Source: Eledone cirrhosa
Lineage: Eukaryota
Direction: 5' to 3'
DNA: 64,000 nt
Assembly: GCA_964016885.1 (NCBI GenBank)
Contig: OZ024740.1
Coordinates: 288,858,001 to 288,922,000 of the forward strand
Part shown: positions 30,312-45,131 of the stretch, piece after piece
Layout of the letters: the number at the start of each line of letters is the position of its first letter
How positions within the stretch are numbered: the stretch's first letter is position 1
Position numbers and translations under genes: made by a program
Notes under the pieces: model-generated
What the model was told of the DNA's origin: nothing
The model's input: the letters and a program-made list of their open reading frames with translations, nothing else
Databases searched by the model: none

Positions 30312-30486
30312 TATATAGTTATAAAGGTATTTATTTACGCTTTAATTTATATTTTTAATTATCGTGTCTATAGTCTGCCTTTCATAGGTTATAGATTCCA
30401 TACACTGGTGATTTTTTCCCTGTATTATTGATAACGCACTATATATCTCTCTCTGGTGTGTTACCTTCTCAACATATTATATTTTT

Positions 30487-30544
<58 letters not shown>

Positions 30545-31044
30545 CATATATAAGTATGTATGTATACGTACATACATATATGTATACAGACGTACAGTAG
30601 CATGTATATATATATATATACATACAGGCACACATATATATATGCACGTATCAGTTTACCGAACATTTATTATAATGTTCGCTTTGTTCGATTGTAAACA
30701 AACGGACAGCCTGATTTACGCCGTACAGTGTTCAGGCAACCACGTCACCTTTTTGTTCAACACTGACACAGGAACGATGTACTAGTTTCAAGCTTGTTAG
30801 CTATCGTCAGCACCGTATACCTTTCTGCCAGATGGTTGAACGTTCGAAAGTATATACTTTCCTTATGAAAATTAACGGCTGAGTAGCCTAATTTGCATAT
30901 CGAGTGAGTTCAGTCGGCCAGGCGCACAGAAAACGATAAATGGAATAGAATGAAACGAAATTTCATTTCTCACTCTTAGTACTTACTTAAATGTAACTAT
31001 GTATGTATACGTACATACATATATGTATACAGACGTACAGTAGC

Positions 31045-31115
<71 letters not shown>

Positions 31116-31246
31116 CAGGCACACATATATATATGCACGTATCAGTTTACCGAACATTTATTATAATGTTCGCTTTGTTCGTTTGTAAACATTTAAGTAA
31201 GTGCCGTACTAAGAGTGAGAAATGAAATTTCGTTTCATTCTATTCC

Positions 31247-31365
<119 letters not shown>

Positions 31366-31380
31366 CATATATATATATAC

Positions 31381-31429
<49 letters not shown>

Positions 31430-31430
31430 C

Positions 31431-31581
<151 letters not shown>

Positions 31582-32269
31582 TATCCAGGGGGTGTAACTT
31601 GGAGTTACTGCAGGTTCACCCGGGAGAGCATATATATATATATATGCGCAGTGTGACAAGAAGCTTGCTTCCCAACCAAATATTTCCGGGTTCAGTCCCA
31701 CTGCCCGGGCCGACCAAAGCCCTGTGAGTGGATTTGATAGAGCAAAACTAAAAGAAGCCCGTCGTATATATGTATATATGTCTGTGTGGGTCTTTGCGTT
31801 TGTGTTTGCCCTCCCACCAATGCTTGTTGGTTTGTTGACGTCCCCATAACTTACCAAGACAGAAAAAAAGTAAAATATATGTGTGTGTGTGTGTGTGTAG
31901 AAGAGAGGTCTCAAACTCAAGGACACAAAAGGGCTATTACGTCCTCCTGGAGGAGAGGCACAGTGGGCCAAACGTGGTGGTGGGTGAAGATTTTCACCAG
32001 TTATAATCATTTCTACTATAGGAACAAAGCATGCAATTTGGGGTTTAGGGTTCAGTCGATTACATCGATCCTAGTACACAACTGGTACTTAATTCATCGA
32101 CCCCCAAAAGGATGAAAGGCGAACGTAAAAACGGAAGAAGTATTGTTAAGCATTTCGCCAGGTGTTCTAACGATTCCACCAGCTCACCGCCTTATTTTCA
32201 CCAGTTAAAATGCATGTTTGAGCCCCCTGTTGGAGATAGATAGATATATAAATAGATAGATAAATAGAT

Positions 32270-35200
32270 AGATGTTTCTTTATTAGCCACAGGGGCACAA
32301 AGGAAGGGGACAAATACAAAGGGAGAAGTTTACATACAATAAAAATGTGTAAAATGCTATCACAAATATAATTTAAAAATTAATCGATTTTCCCCAATAG
32401 GGGGAGACATTTCATATGGGTAACACATACTCCCGAAAAAATGTGCAACCCTCATCTCCAGGAGTACGAAGAGTTTGTACCCCTTTCCTCTCTTCCTCTT
32501 TTTCCTCAACCTACAGGCTGATATAGAGAGAAGGCCCATTCACTCGGGCCATTCTCGCCACTTTCACCCACCTTTCATAAATCTTGCTGGGATACAGCAC
32601 CTCTCTCTCCATCCTGATTCTTCTTCCAAAGTGGTATTTGAAAAAAAGAATCAGTTGTTGGCCGGAGAGAAAGGTGTCTGACCTCAGCCCTTTTAACTTC
32701 GTCCACCATTCAACCTCTTTCGCCATAGCTATCACACAAAGGAAAACCGCCTCTCCTTCGTTTTTGAAGGAGGGTGGCGGTTTGATCATGACAATGGATT
32801 CGGTGGTCAACCGGATTGGTCCCACCCGCGACAATAGTCGTTCTACATAGCCCCACAGGTCGGTAACGCCCGGGCAGTGTATGAATGCGTGCGCGACGGT
32901 TTCTTCGTCTCGCACGCATCTCGGACAGATCTTTTTCGAAGGGTCTCTTCCCGGGCACCCATGTCTGTAGAGCTTGTCTCAAACTGGTAGAGCTCCTCGG
33001 TAACACTGTCAGGCCAGGGACTTTGGGAAGTTGTCCATCGGTCCCGGGCGGAAGGTCCTACCGAACAGACTGGCCAGTTCGTCTTCCTCTACGCCTAGAG
33101 TTTCTCCGAGCGCGTCGTCGCAATTGCAGCGGATCAACCCTCTATAGAATGACGAAGTGGAGTCTCCACTGATCGCCGACTCCGATCGCCAGAGGGCTGT
33201 GAGCGCCTGAGCACATTCGATGTGCCAGTCGCCCATTTTCCTCGGTCTTTGCTTGACCCAGGACTGCAGCTCGGTCAGCGAGACGAGTCGTGGGAAGGCT
33301 CGCCTCACGAACGGGGCCCACACCGGTTGTCCGGTGATGAATACGTAGAGATGCCGCAGCCTGAGTGCGTGTTTGCGCGGCATCCCCAGCCCTCCGTTGG
33401 AAGGGTGTTGGCAGCAAAGGGATCTTCTCACCAAAGGAGCCCGCTTCTTCCAAAGGAATTGGAAGAGCGCGCGCCCCATTTTGGTGAGCGTTTTGGCTGG
33501 ACAAGGCACGACGGTCAAACGGTAGTAGATGACGGACGCTATAAAAGTGTTCGCCACCTCCGCTCGACCTTTCAAGGATAGTTTGCACTCGGCCCACTTC
33601 TGGGTGAGTGCAAACACCTTGGCCGTCACCTCGTTCCAGTTTTTCTCTACCTGGAGGTCCGGACCAAACCAGACCCCGAGCAGCTTTACCGGTCCTTACG
33701 CCCAGCGTCCGATGACGCCATTGGAAGGCATCGGTTTTCCTCTCCACGATCCGAGTTGCACACCGACGGACTTGTCCCAGTTCAGCTTCGCTCCTGAGAA
33801 CCTTTCGTATTCCTTCAGTAAGATGCCGACTTCCTCGATTTGCGAGGTGCTCGACACCATTACTGTCACGTCGTCGGTGTAGGCCGACGCCGCTTTCTGC
33901 AGTCCCGGTTCTTGAGGGATGCCCTGCAATAGCTCCAACTTTCGCAGTAGTGGCTCGAGAGTCAATACGTACAGAAGGGAGGAGAGAGGGCATCCCTGTC
34001 GGATGGGTCACGTGATGTGGAACGGCTCCGAGAGGTAGCCGTTCACCTTGACCCTTGAGCAGATATTGCTGTTGTTCATTGCAGCAATCCAGCCCCTGAA
34101 CACGGGTCCGAAGCCTGCCGCCTCGAGCACCGCATCCAGGTAACGATGGTCAACCCTATCGAAAGCCTTAGACTGATCCAAGTTGATCAGGGCCCCACCG
34201 AACCGGGTTTACACACTACCCTCTCTATGATGTATCGCATGAGGTGGAGGTTGTCGTGTATGGACCTGGTCGGGATTGCGCATGTCTGCGCTGCTCCCAC
34301 CAGGTTTTCGACGACAAGCTCCAGCCTCTTTGCCAACACCTTGGCCAAAATCTGTAACTCTGTGTTGCCTATGTCATCCCCCTTATTCTCGTCCTTCCTG
34401 ACTAGTGTGACTACGCCCCTGGTCACAGAACTGGGAATTCTCCCGTTCTGCTGCCAGTTGCAGTAGACCGCTTTCAGGAGACCGGAGAACAAGTCCGGCA
34501 TTGCTACGTAAAATTCGTAGGGTAGACCGTAGAGACCTGGAGATTTGCGTTTGCCGCATTGGCTTAGCGCGTATCTCAGCGGCTGAAATCGACTTTTCAC
34601 AGAACTTTTCGATATCCGAGTCGCGGTAGGCCGTCGAGGTATGGACCGAAATCCATATCCGCCGCCCTGCTCGAACAGCTGAGCAAAGTGCCGCTGAAAG
34701 ACCGCGCACATCTGCTTCGACTCACGTATCACGCGTCCGTCTTGGTCCTTCAAAGACCGAATCGTGGACTTGTCGCCTCCGAATCGCCACTTTTCGCCTC
34801 CATCACCCGGGCCCAGCTAACAGCTTTGGCTCCCTCATTACCCAGAGCACGTATTTTGCTTCTGACAACGCAGCCCTCGTGATTTGTGTCGAAGAACTGG
34901 TCCAAAGCCGTTCTAGTTGCTAGCACGCTGGCTACGTTGCCACTTCTAATTGCCTCTTCTACTTTATCTACCAGTTCCTTCTCGGTCCTATTTCTATCTA
35001 ACGCTAATTCTTTACTAAAAACTAACGAGTCTAATCTAACTGCCCTCTTGAGAGAATACCACCATCTGTTGTTGACAATGGCCCCTGTCAAGTGCTGTTT
35101 AACTAAAGTGCTAATCCGTCTACTGTAGGCTTTGCATGTCGGTAACGACAAGTTCACCTTCCAGTAGCCGGGTCCTTGTCTATGGGTTCTATCAAGGTTG

Positions 35201-36850
35201 ACCACGCAGGTCACTAGTTTGTGATCTGAATAGGCAACCATTAACATTTGTGGACAGCTTAACTGTCCTTATTTCTAACTAGAACTCTATCTAGGTCGAT
35301 CTAGATGTTCCGCTGCGATTAGTCCACGCCCACAGTGGCACAGTCGGAAAATCTAGTCGATATCTATCGGCCAGGTCAAATCGGCCGATTAACTGTTTGA
35401 GGCTGTTACACCCCCCCCCCCCCCCTTTATCAGGACATGCTCCCACATAGTCCCAACGTGCATCTAGCGGGACGTTCCCAGAAAAGTCTCTAGACGTTTG
35501 AAGAAGTCTGGCCGCGGAGTTCCGGATGGGACATATGCGGCCACCAGCCTGAAGGCTCCACCTTCACTATCGTCAACGTCTAGGACCACCAGTCGACCCT
35601 CCGGATCCAGTTGTACCGTCTGTGTTACGAGGTCCAGGTGTTTCCGCAACAAAACGGCAACCCCGCCCCCACCTCCCGGCTGACAGAGAGATGCGTAGAT
35701 CTCAAAGCCGTCGAAGATAGGGGCCAGATGTCGCTCGCTGTGGATCCTGGACTTGCAAATGGCTACCACATCCATACTGTGCGACCTGAGGTCGTTTAAG
35801 AGTTTGCCCTGTTTCCAGGGCATCCCCAGGCCGCGTACACTCACACATCCAACTCTTATATTGGCCATGCTGGTGCTGAAAAGTTAAAAGAAGAGGAAAA
35901 GAAATCACTCACCCTTCGTCTCCTGGGGACCAGGCTGCACGATTTCCATGGGGGTGTTGGAGGGGTTGTCTGGGTGGGTGGTGGTTTCCGGCAAGGTGGG
36001 GACGGAGATGTTTAGTGGGGAGGCGGTGTCTGGTGGGATGGGGGTATCTGGGGTGGAGGTGTCTGGGTTGGGAGACATTTGAGAAGGACGCGGTTAAGTG
36101 GTTTCACGCAGGAATTCCCCACATCCTTTTCAAATGTTTCTTTTAGGGACCTATAAGTTTGTATAGGGACCCTAATCAGTTTTAGGTTCAGTTTTTTGTT
36201 ATTTTTAATAGAGTGGGCGAAAGTTTTCCCTTCAGTTTTCACTGAAGGGTTGTTCGTGATGGTCTCCATTAGTATTTTGTTTTCAGTGTTTATGTAAGTG
36301 TAAGTGTCATTTTCTTGTGTTGTGTTTGTTTTTGTCTGTAGTTCTTGTGTGTGCTTTCGTTTTGTTGTAGGTATTTTGTTTTCAGGAGATGAGGATTTTG
36401 TTTGTGATGTTTTTGTTGTTTGTGTTGGTGGTTGTATGTTTGTGGTAGTGTTTGCTGGTTTTTTGTTTTGTGATGTCTTTTCTTTATTATCGAGCGATGG
36501 GGTTCTCCCTCGTCTTCACTGGGTGATGACGAGATAGCCTTATCTGTTGTATCGTTTATGTGATTGGGGAGTTGTTGTGTCTGTATGTGATTTTGAAGTG
36601 GTTTTAGGTGGAGTGAGGTTGGGTGGGACTGTGTTTGTTGTGGTTATTTTTGTGTGTTGGTGTTGTTGTTGTTGTGGTGGTGGTATTGGTGGTTGTGTTA
36701 TTTTGATGGGTGTCGGCAGAAGAGTCTTTTTTTGACTCATTAATTTAGGACAGGAAGCATTCAGGTGACCCCTTCTAAAGCAGTGGTAACATGAAGGCCG
36801 CCTACCCTCAACCGAAAAATTTATGTAGGTGGGCTCGTTTGCACCAGAAC
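32270..36850 (-). mobile_element. Tx1/L1-clade LINE (ORF1 CCHC knuckle, APE, RT, C-terminal zinc finger), disrupted
   Basis: CYHCFRRGHLNASC at about 36750-36792; APE N-terminus 35868; SDHKLV; KSPGLYGLPYEFY; AYTDDV; ETVAHAFIHC; AATAAA + (ATCT)n tail. Confidence 0.9.
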
Positions 36851-37489
36851 TTCAACGCTAGTCCCATTAAATATTTAGACGAGATGTGGTTGTCAGTCAT
36901 TGGTTATGGTTTCTGGCACATTTCAAACAAGAACAAGGAATAAAGACATACCTCAATTTATGTTACAAAAAACATTTTTTATATGTAGGAGCAATTACAA
37001 AATATATACGAATACATTAATTGTTTCTACTTTTGGCACAAGGCCATCAATTATCCCAGTGCATTACTGGTACTTTATTTTATCGACCTCGTAAGGATGA
37101 AAGGCAAAGTCAACCTCGGCGGGATTTGAACTCAGATCGTAAAGGGACGTAACTATGCTGGAAAGCATGGTGTCTGACCCTCTACCGATACTGCCAATCC
37201 ACCGAATACATTAATGCTCCTAGGTTGGGAATATGTTTAAAACGTCAAATACTGCCACATGGTGTTGGTATCATCTCTTGAGCCGCTGCGTGATTATCGC
37301 ACGTCTATTGTCTTCAAGTGTTATTGTCCAAGCCACTGACGTCAGAACTAAGGGCAGTTAATCGACTGTGTAGGCAGTCGACGCTAGATGGCGTGATCTT
37401 CTACAAATACATCACTGGGGGACTTTCCTACTGAAAGTATCCTGTCTTCATCAAAATTGATGAAGCCGCTTTCTCTCTTCATTTATATA

Positions 37490-37559
<70 letters not shown>

Positions 37560-38249
37560 AATGGAAGTACAGCATATTCGAAGCTTGAGCCGCAGCTAAG
37601 CCGACGAATGCATTCAGCAGTGCAGCCAAGCACTCGACAAGGTATAAAACCTCAGAGTAATACCATATATATATATGTATGGCGTTGTAGAAAAGAGCAG
37701 TGGCAATAAACCTGACCTGGCAATAAAAACTGGAGACAAAATTCTTTCTGTACCAAAACCAAGGCACACACACACACACAAGTTTGTGTGTGCGCGTGTG
37801 TGTCTGTGTCTGTGTATCTAGCTATGTATATATATATATATAAGGGATACAAATATTGCTTTCTCCCTGTCACCAAGCTTCTTAATTCATTCGTTGCTAC
37901 TAAGTATTTTATTTTGCTACGAGGTATTTTATTTTGCAAGGTACTATTTTTCCCTTGAGTTTGTGATTTCAGAGAAAGGTAAGAAATTCTTCATATTTTG
38001 CATCTTTTGTATTTTGAGTTTACAGTTTGAATTATAGAATTGTTTATCCAATCAAAATATTAGAACAGCTAACAGTGAAATATAGAATTTAAAAAAAAGC
38101 TTTTTCGACTGAGATCAAGTCTTTGAGAACATTCACGTCTATTTTTCAAAAATATGTAATTTGAAATAGTTTGTTTTTGTTTTGGACTGAAACTTTTTTG
38201 GATTTAATTCGTACGAGTATTTTTTAAAGATATTTTTAAAGATTCTAAC

Positions 38250-39404
38250 ATAACTTGATTTGGCCCATTACGTGCACTGCGACATTCATATTTCTCAACT
38301 TATTATAGCTAAGTCCGTTCAATAACCTTCATTTATCAAAAATGTTCTCGATTACGTGAATGAATTGCGGAAACTATATAGTACATCAGGGAAATTTAAG
38401 CACGCGTATTTATCACAACAGGATGAAGAAAATGAAGTATCGTCACTACGCTCCTTAAAACCTGTGTGCCCTACTCGAAGGCTTACGCGACTTTCTGCAG
38501 TCAAAGCCCTTCTTGACAATTATTCAGATGTCCCTATTTCTTTACAAGAGGCAACAAATGAGTTTGGTACCAACATTGCATCCAGAGCTAATGTTATTCT
38601 TATGTGTCACTCTCCGGGCCAATGTTTTCTTGGATTGCATGTTGTAGTTCCATTACTTCAATTCCTTGAAGGATTGAACAAATCTTTTCAAACTATCACC
38701 TTCAATCTAGGTAGCATGTTGCATGGTGTCAAACTGGTGCAGGAGGAGCTAAAAAATCTACGCAGTGAAGAAAAGTTTCAGCTGTTCAATACAGCAGAAA
38801 AAATGATTTATCAACTCGATATTTCTCCTAAAAGATACCAGGAAGGACATGCGTTAAAATATCAACACTGCACTATTTTGGATCATTACAGAGTGCAGTA
38901 TTTGCAGGTAGTGGATACTGCAATATCAAATTTGAAAGATTATTTTTTTTCACAGGATTTAGCAGATTATAAAAAACTGAGGAATACTTTACTCAATGGA
39001 AATTGTTGTGCTGAAGTGATCATGCACTATCCAGAGCTTGATGAATTTTCTTTAGGAACGAAATATTTTTTTATAGAAATCATCATAGTGGATCATCTCT
39101 CGAGGATCATCTTAAAATATTCAGTGAAATGCAACCAGAAGTCCGTCGCATGTTTCTAAATGTTGAGCAATTGTTCATGCTACTTTTAGTGTTTGCAACC
39201 AGTTCTTGTGAAGCTGAAAGATCTTTTAGCGCTCTGCAGAGACTCAAAACTTGGTTGCGATCGACCATGACTCAGCAAAGGTTGAATCATATTCTAATAT
39301 GCCACGTTCATAGAGATGTTTTGAAAAAGATTAGTTGTGAAGAAGTTGCTAAATTATTTATTGACAGCAATGATGCGAGATATGAAACATTTGGAATGTT
39401 CTAA
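38250..39404 (+). mobile_element. hAT transposase remnant (ZMYM1-like, hAT dimerisation domain)
   Basis: PTR(W)..R and SSCEAERSFSALQRLKTWLRSTMTQQRL motifs; frameshift near 39130. Confidence 0.85.
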
Positions 39405-40367
39405 AAGACAATAAATTTACTTTATATGTTTTATTTTTTGTTTATTTGATATAATAAATACTTTTTAAGCTTATTTTTTTTATATCTGAACTTCATTTGA
39501 ATATATAAAATTTAATTAGCGTAAAATTTTACTTATGTGATAGGGTTCAGGAAAGACACCATAAGTAATACTAAAATGCTCCAACAAATGTTGGTTTGTC
39601 CCCCTCACATTTTTAAGGCAAACGAGGCCCCAGGAAAAGAGCAACATTATTCATGAATTGAATTCACTGACCCGTTCATCACCGTGTTCGGCTTAACTTT
39701 GATACTTCAGCTCATTCTTACTTGACCCCATCTTCTCTTCATTGCATTTCCACATCATTTATTCTATAACTAGGTTGTTGCTATTCCTATATAAACTGAC
39801 TGTTTATACTACGACGAGGTCTTCTATTATAGCCTTGGGCTTAAGGAAGTGCTCGTGTAGTCTTCAACAGTCATCCATTATAATTGCAGCACCATTACAA
39901 GAATATCACAGTGATGCATTAAGGTAAGGGCGATAATTTAAGTAACTCTGACTAATAAGTAATGTCTTAACTTAGTATTATCGTGTCTTATCACTACGTG
40001 CTTAATATATGAATTCCATTTCAAAATAGCACATTACTAGTCATTCTTGCATTAAGTTCTATTGAACTCGTTGCCTCATTGATCTTTTATTGAGTCTGCC
40101 ACCATAATTTCCTCAAGCTAAGTTATTACTGTTCCTACATGAAAGACTAATCTTCATATATAACTTGTCTCGACTTGGTTAATTAATGACAGTATTTGTG
40201 TTTTTCATTGCAGTAGTGTTTATTACAAAGCGTTATTCCAGAACATTACTTGAAACTTTATCATACTTGAACAGGACTCATTATAGTAAGTTCCTTATAC
40301 ATAATTTTATAGGCTTATATAGCCAAATCTTTGCTTGATTTTACCAAACACATTCGATAAACAGAAA

Positions 40368-42032
40368 ATGGCCTCAGCAATAAAGAAAAAATGCAGGCAG
40401 TACAGCGTTGATTACTTACGGTTCGGATTCATCCCATCGCCGTCGAACCACCTGTCACCCATGTGTTTAATTTGCAAGGAGTCCTTTTTGAATGAGGCGA
40501 TGAAGCCATCGCATTTGAGTAGAAACCTGGAAGTGAGGCACCCTGATAAGAGATATAAAGATTTAGCATACTTTCAGTCTCTTAGGGACCAATTTCAGAA
40601 AACAACACTAATTTCTTCTGCCTTTTCAAAAGTTGATAGACTTACAATATTGCCAACATAATCGCAAAGTGTGGCAAGCCCCATTCCTTGGGTGAAACAT
40701 TGGTAGCTCCTGTCATCTTAGCGGTTCTTTCAACAGTACTATCTCAGAACCCGTTAAAGACCTTGAAATGTAACGACTCAATAAGGAGACGCATCAACGA
40801 AATGGCGGGAAATGTTGAACAAAAATTATGCAACATCTTGAAATCGATACAATTTGTTTTGCAACTTGATGAAAGCATACTTCCCTGGAATCAGTCCTTA
40901 CTACTGGGATATGTGCGATTTTTCCACCAAAACGAAATGCACAAAGAGCTTCTCTTCACTTTGAATCTAGCCACAGATACTAAAGGTGCCACCATCTTTG
41001 AATCTGTCAAGGGATACCTCGAAGAAAAAGAGATACCTCTTAACAATATTGTATCATGTGCTACGGACGGCCAACATAAGGGTTTTGTCTCTCTTCTGAA
41101 GAGGGAAGAATCCATCTCTATTTGCAGTTCATTGTCATTCATCGACAACACTTGGCTGCGAAGAAACTCAGCGAGCCACTGAGCAAGTCTTTGCAGGTAG
41201 CCATTGATGTCATCAATTATATCAAACGCCATGCCCTCAATGAACGAATTTTCCGGCAACTGTGCGAAGATAATGACGAAGAATGTCGAGTTGCTCCTTC
41301 ATACTGAAGTGAGGGGTCTTTCAAAGTGCAAGTGCCTTACTCGCTTCTTTGAACTGTTGAGTTTCTTCGAGGATACAACAAAGAACTGTACAAAAAAACC
41401 CTCGATGTGAGGTAAGACTGCGCCTACCTCTTCGACAAAGGCAATAGCCTCATTATGGCTTTGCGGGGGGGAGAAGATCACCTTGTTTAAAGCAAGGAAT
41501 ACTGTGGAAATATTCCTGGCCAAATTGAAAGTCATCGAAAGGAATTTTTTCGATGGGAATTCTATAATTTTCCTAGTGTCACCAATGTTCAAAACATTGT
41601 GAGCGATGACCAACTCCAAATTTATACCGCGCACCACAAGACAACATGAGAGAACGGTTTGTCGACCTTTTGCAGATAGACATCCCAATGTGGATAGCAG
41701 ATCCCTTCATAGCGATTTGGACGTTAAATTTCAGGAAGAATTCATTGAACTTCAAACAGATGAAATTATCAAAATTAGATTTTCCAAAATAGGTGAACCC
41801 CCTTCTTTGGATGCAAGAGAAAATTCAGCGCCGGTTTCCACTCCTACATGCAGAGGCTAAAAGATTTGCTTTGCTTTTTCCTAGCTCATACTTAGTCGAG
41901 AGGGGGTTTGGCGCTGTTTCCAGACTGCATAGTAAGGCTCGCAACCGCTACAATGTGATTTCACGTGGAGATCTCTGGCAACATCTTACGAAAATCCAGC
42001 CCGACGTCGAAGAAGCTCAAGGGTCCCATTGA
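40368..42032 (+). pseudogene. Charlie/Buster (ZBED5/SCAND3-like) transposase pseudogene of the 16 kb hAT
   Basis: KKKCRQYSVDYLRFGF..PMCLIC..NEAMKPS; LQLDES; CATDG; HRQHL; FPSSYLVERGF; multiple frameshifts. Confidence 0.9.
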
Positions 42033-43159
42033 AATGAGGTCGATTTTTTATTTACAGTTGCAGTATGATTGGACTGGAAAACTTACTCATTTGTTGTATA
42101 TATTTTACCGTTTACTAATGACCTCTTACATGGTCTCTAAGCTGAGGGGACATCAAGTTAGATATCAACATTTATTCTGTCCATTTCATTAAAGGGAAAA
42201 ATTGGAAAGCTGAAATAATATAATTGCCACTTTCTTCCAGATAAGAGCACTCTTTGGATAGACAGAGTTGCTCTTGTAGAAATGTTCAAAATAGCTGGTA
42301 ACGTCTGGTGGCAATATAACAAATTCAACTGGTCCTTATTCATAAAAAAAAAGAACATTTATGTTCCTTTTTTTTTTATAATTTATATATATACTTCCTT
42401 TCAAGGAATGTATTTATACTCTCAACTGCCTGCAATGGTATTTTTGGAATATTGTTAATCAATTTATGAGTAATCTACTGATATCAAAATCAGTAGTATA
42501 TTGAAAAATGGAAAAGGGTAGGGGGCGTTTGGCCGAAATGGGTTGAGAACCTTTGGTCTAGTAGATAACCTCTAGTGCTGGGGCCACAAAATGCACTCAA
42601 TATAGTGTAAGGTGGTCATTAAAGGTCTCCAGTTGTAGAAACCACACCAGATATGGAACAGATGAACTTTCTCCAGCCAGTTTAGTATGTGGTTGTAAAA
42701 TATATATACACACTTGAATATATCCAAATTCTCATGTACCATATTTCTGCATTTTGTAAAACATTTGGATTCAGCATTAGCCTGTTGTAATGTTTGAGCC
42801 TACTCCAGAAAATGCAGCAAAATCAATTATTCTTGCTCCCTAGAAAATATCTCCAAGACTGATTTGTTCACAGCTCTTGAATTTTGGTTTTAAACTAGCA
42901 TCACAAGGTTAGCAAAAGCTAGTCTATCATACATATATAGTCGAGTCCTGTTTTATTCATGTTAAACACAGATCCTTTACAAGTATCATATAATTCTTTA
43001 GCATTTACATTACTCTACATATACTATTGTATTTTCACAGTAAAGGCATTATCTCACATAATATCGAATCTATGAAATATTGAGAACAATGCCTTAACAT
43101 CAATAAGTGGTTTGAAGAGAAAGAGGTGAGCGAATTTTGGCCAGATACAGCCGTTTTAA

Positions 43160-44197
43160 CCCTTTAGTGTTCAAACCGCCCGATAAGACCCACACTAAAA
43201 TTAAATACCGTCATCGAAATTAGGCCCTTACCAAGAAAATTAACACTTAATATAGTGAAACGTGTTTTTTTTAACGTTGAAAGTAGAACAGATTTTGTGT
43301 GTATTAACATGGCTTGTGAAAATAGCGATACCGACTTTGAAGGTTTTACACACGACGACATTCAGAATAAACAAGAAACAAACGATAATATTAGTGATTT
43401 ATCTTCAAACGAATCAGATGCTTACATTTCTGAAATTTCATCCGACGAGGATTGTTGTTTTGAAAGTGAAAACGAAGATCTCCAGGCCGCAATAGAAAAA
43501 TACCACACTAATATATGTTCCCGATTTTATTCAAAATACTGGTGCACAACACACATTAGCTCCCGATGCTAAAGCACTGGATTATTTCTTTGTTTTTACC
43601 ACAAACTTTCTTCGAAGTTGTGGCAGAAGAGATTAATCGATATGCCCAACAGATTTCAAATCGAGAAAAACACGATCTGTTTGGCAACCGACAGATGCTG
43701 CGGATTTTTACCGTAAATATTATGTTCGGTATAATACAATTTCCAAGACTGGAATTACTGAACACTGATATAAGGTTTAGTGATTCTTATATATCAAGTA
43801 TTATGCCGAAAACGTATTTAAAATTAAACCACTATCTGCACCTGGTTGATACTTCAAATGCCCGTTAATTTTCACCTGCCCATAAAAGTCAAATGTAACG
43901 AAAAAAAAAAATCTGGTAAAATTATATAATTGTAAATTATTGATATTTAAACATCTGACAAAATTTCAAGCCTGCACATAGAAAATTACAAATAAAATTG
44001 ATAACGATTAACTGAAAATAATTGTTTCTACTTTTGGCACAAGGCCAGCAATTATTCCAGTGTATTACTGGTACTTTATTTTATCGCCCCCGTAAGGATG
44101 AAAGGCAAAGTTAACCTCGGCGGGATTTGAACTCAGAAGTCAACTGAAAATAATGTGAACAGATTAGCATATTTGACAAAATGTGAATGCTAAAGGG
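43160..44197 (+). mobile_element. Internally deleted piggyBac (PGBD4-like) element
   Basis: TTAA-CCCTTTAG...CTAAAGGG-TTAA; acidic N-terminus DFEGF..SSDED; EINRYAQQ..YLHLVD. Confidence 0.8.
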
Positions 44198-44836
44198 TTA
44201 AATGCTCAATACTTTCAGATTCTGAATGTCAGTCTTCCGACTAGATTTTGAAGGGAATCAAAGTTTTGAGCCAATTGTAGACAAGCAGTTCATGTTGGAT
44301 AAGACAAGCATGCAGATGTGCAAAAGTTAATTGAGGAATCTGCAAAATTATCTACAGGAAACTGGCACCTGATCAACTCTGAATGAATGCATAAACCAAA
44401 CAGACTTTATTGCCATCAAGAAACAGGATAAGCGGACACTGCAGTCTTTCCACAATAATATACCTACCATTCAACATAAATTAGTACTAAACAGACAGCT
44501 GTAGGTGTAGAAATACTGCTTGAAGCTTTTGACAAGTAAATTGAGATCTACAACAGAGGACAAATGGGACTTCCTATGGGATAATATGAGGGCTACAGAA
44601 GAGATATATATGACTGAGGTAAGGTTCAACAGATTTAAGAGCCCTTTGTCTCATATGCTCATACACCAATAAACAAAAACGTTATACTTGATCACAAAAC
44701 CAGTCTAAGTTTGTTTATTTCACAACTTAATTGAAATATCCAATAAGGATATTTTAGTTAGAAATATAGTAATGAAAGGGTTTCATTTACAACAAAGCCA
44801 GTTTTAAATATACAGTTTATTCGCACTTTTCACAGT

Positions 44837-44989
44837 TTATTGCCTCTCCTCTGGTTTATTAAAGACATATGTTAAATAACATTTGCCACAGTAGTGCCTG
44901 TCAAAGTGGGAGGCCATAAACACACCAGCTCCACATTCCTCATTGGGACATTCACGGCGCAGACGAGTGATTTTGCCATTTTCATCAAC
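44837..44989 (-). CDS. RPS27A: RPS27A coding exon 4 ([37 protein letters not shown]...ERQ*)
   Basis: ttgcag acceptor; S27a C4 zinc finger; TAA; AATAAA at 44714-44719. Confidence 0.97.
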   Translation of the reverse strand, partial: VDENGKITRLRRECPNEECGAGVFMASHFDRHYCGKCYLTYVFNKPEERQ

Positions 44990-45068
44990 CTGCAACAGAC
45001 AAAACAGTACTTATGAATATTATAGTTAAATGAGTGAAAGATATCAACAAAGAAAGCAGGAAAGCCAT

Positions 45069-45131
45069 TACTCAGAGGATGCTTCAATACAAATCAAGAT
45101 ACTCAGAAGTGTCCCAAGTGGTCATTATCGT
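45069..45131 (-). ncRNA. Divergent SNORD58-like box C/D snoRNA
   Basis: ATAATGA-CCACTTGGGACACTT-CTGA...TGATT...CTGA; about 80 nt upstream of the exon 4 acceptor. Confidence 0.65.

Larger units (their letters stand above)
29601..30485. repeat. Penelope-type pseudo-LTR arrangement A-B-C-A'-B(inverted)
   Basis: 29601-29683 repeats directly at about 30142-30224; 29684-29945 is inverted at about 30225-30485. Confidence 0.85.

Noticed and set aside
30825-30865. GAAAGTATATACTTTC hammerhead-like palindrome
   Set aside because: No CUGANGA core or stem I
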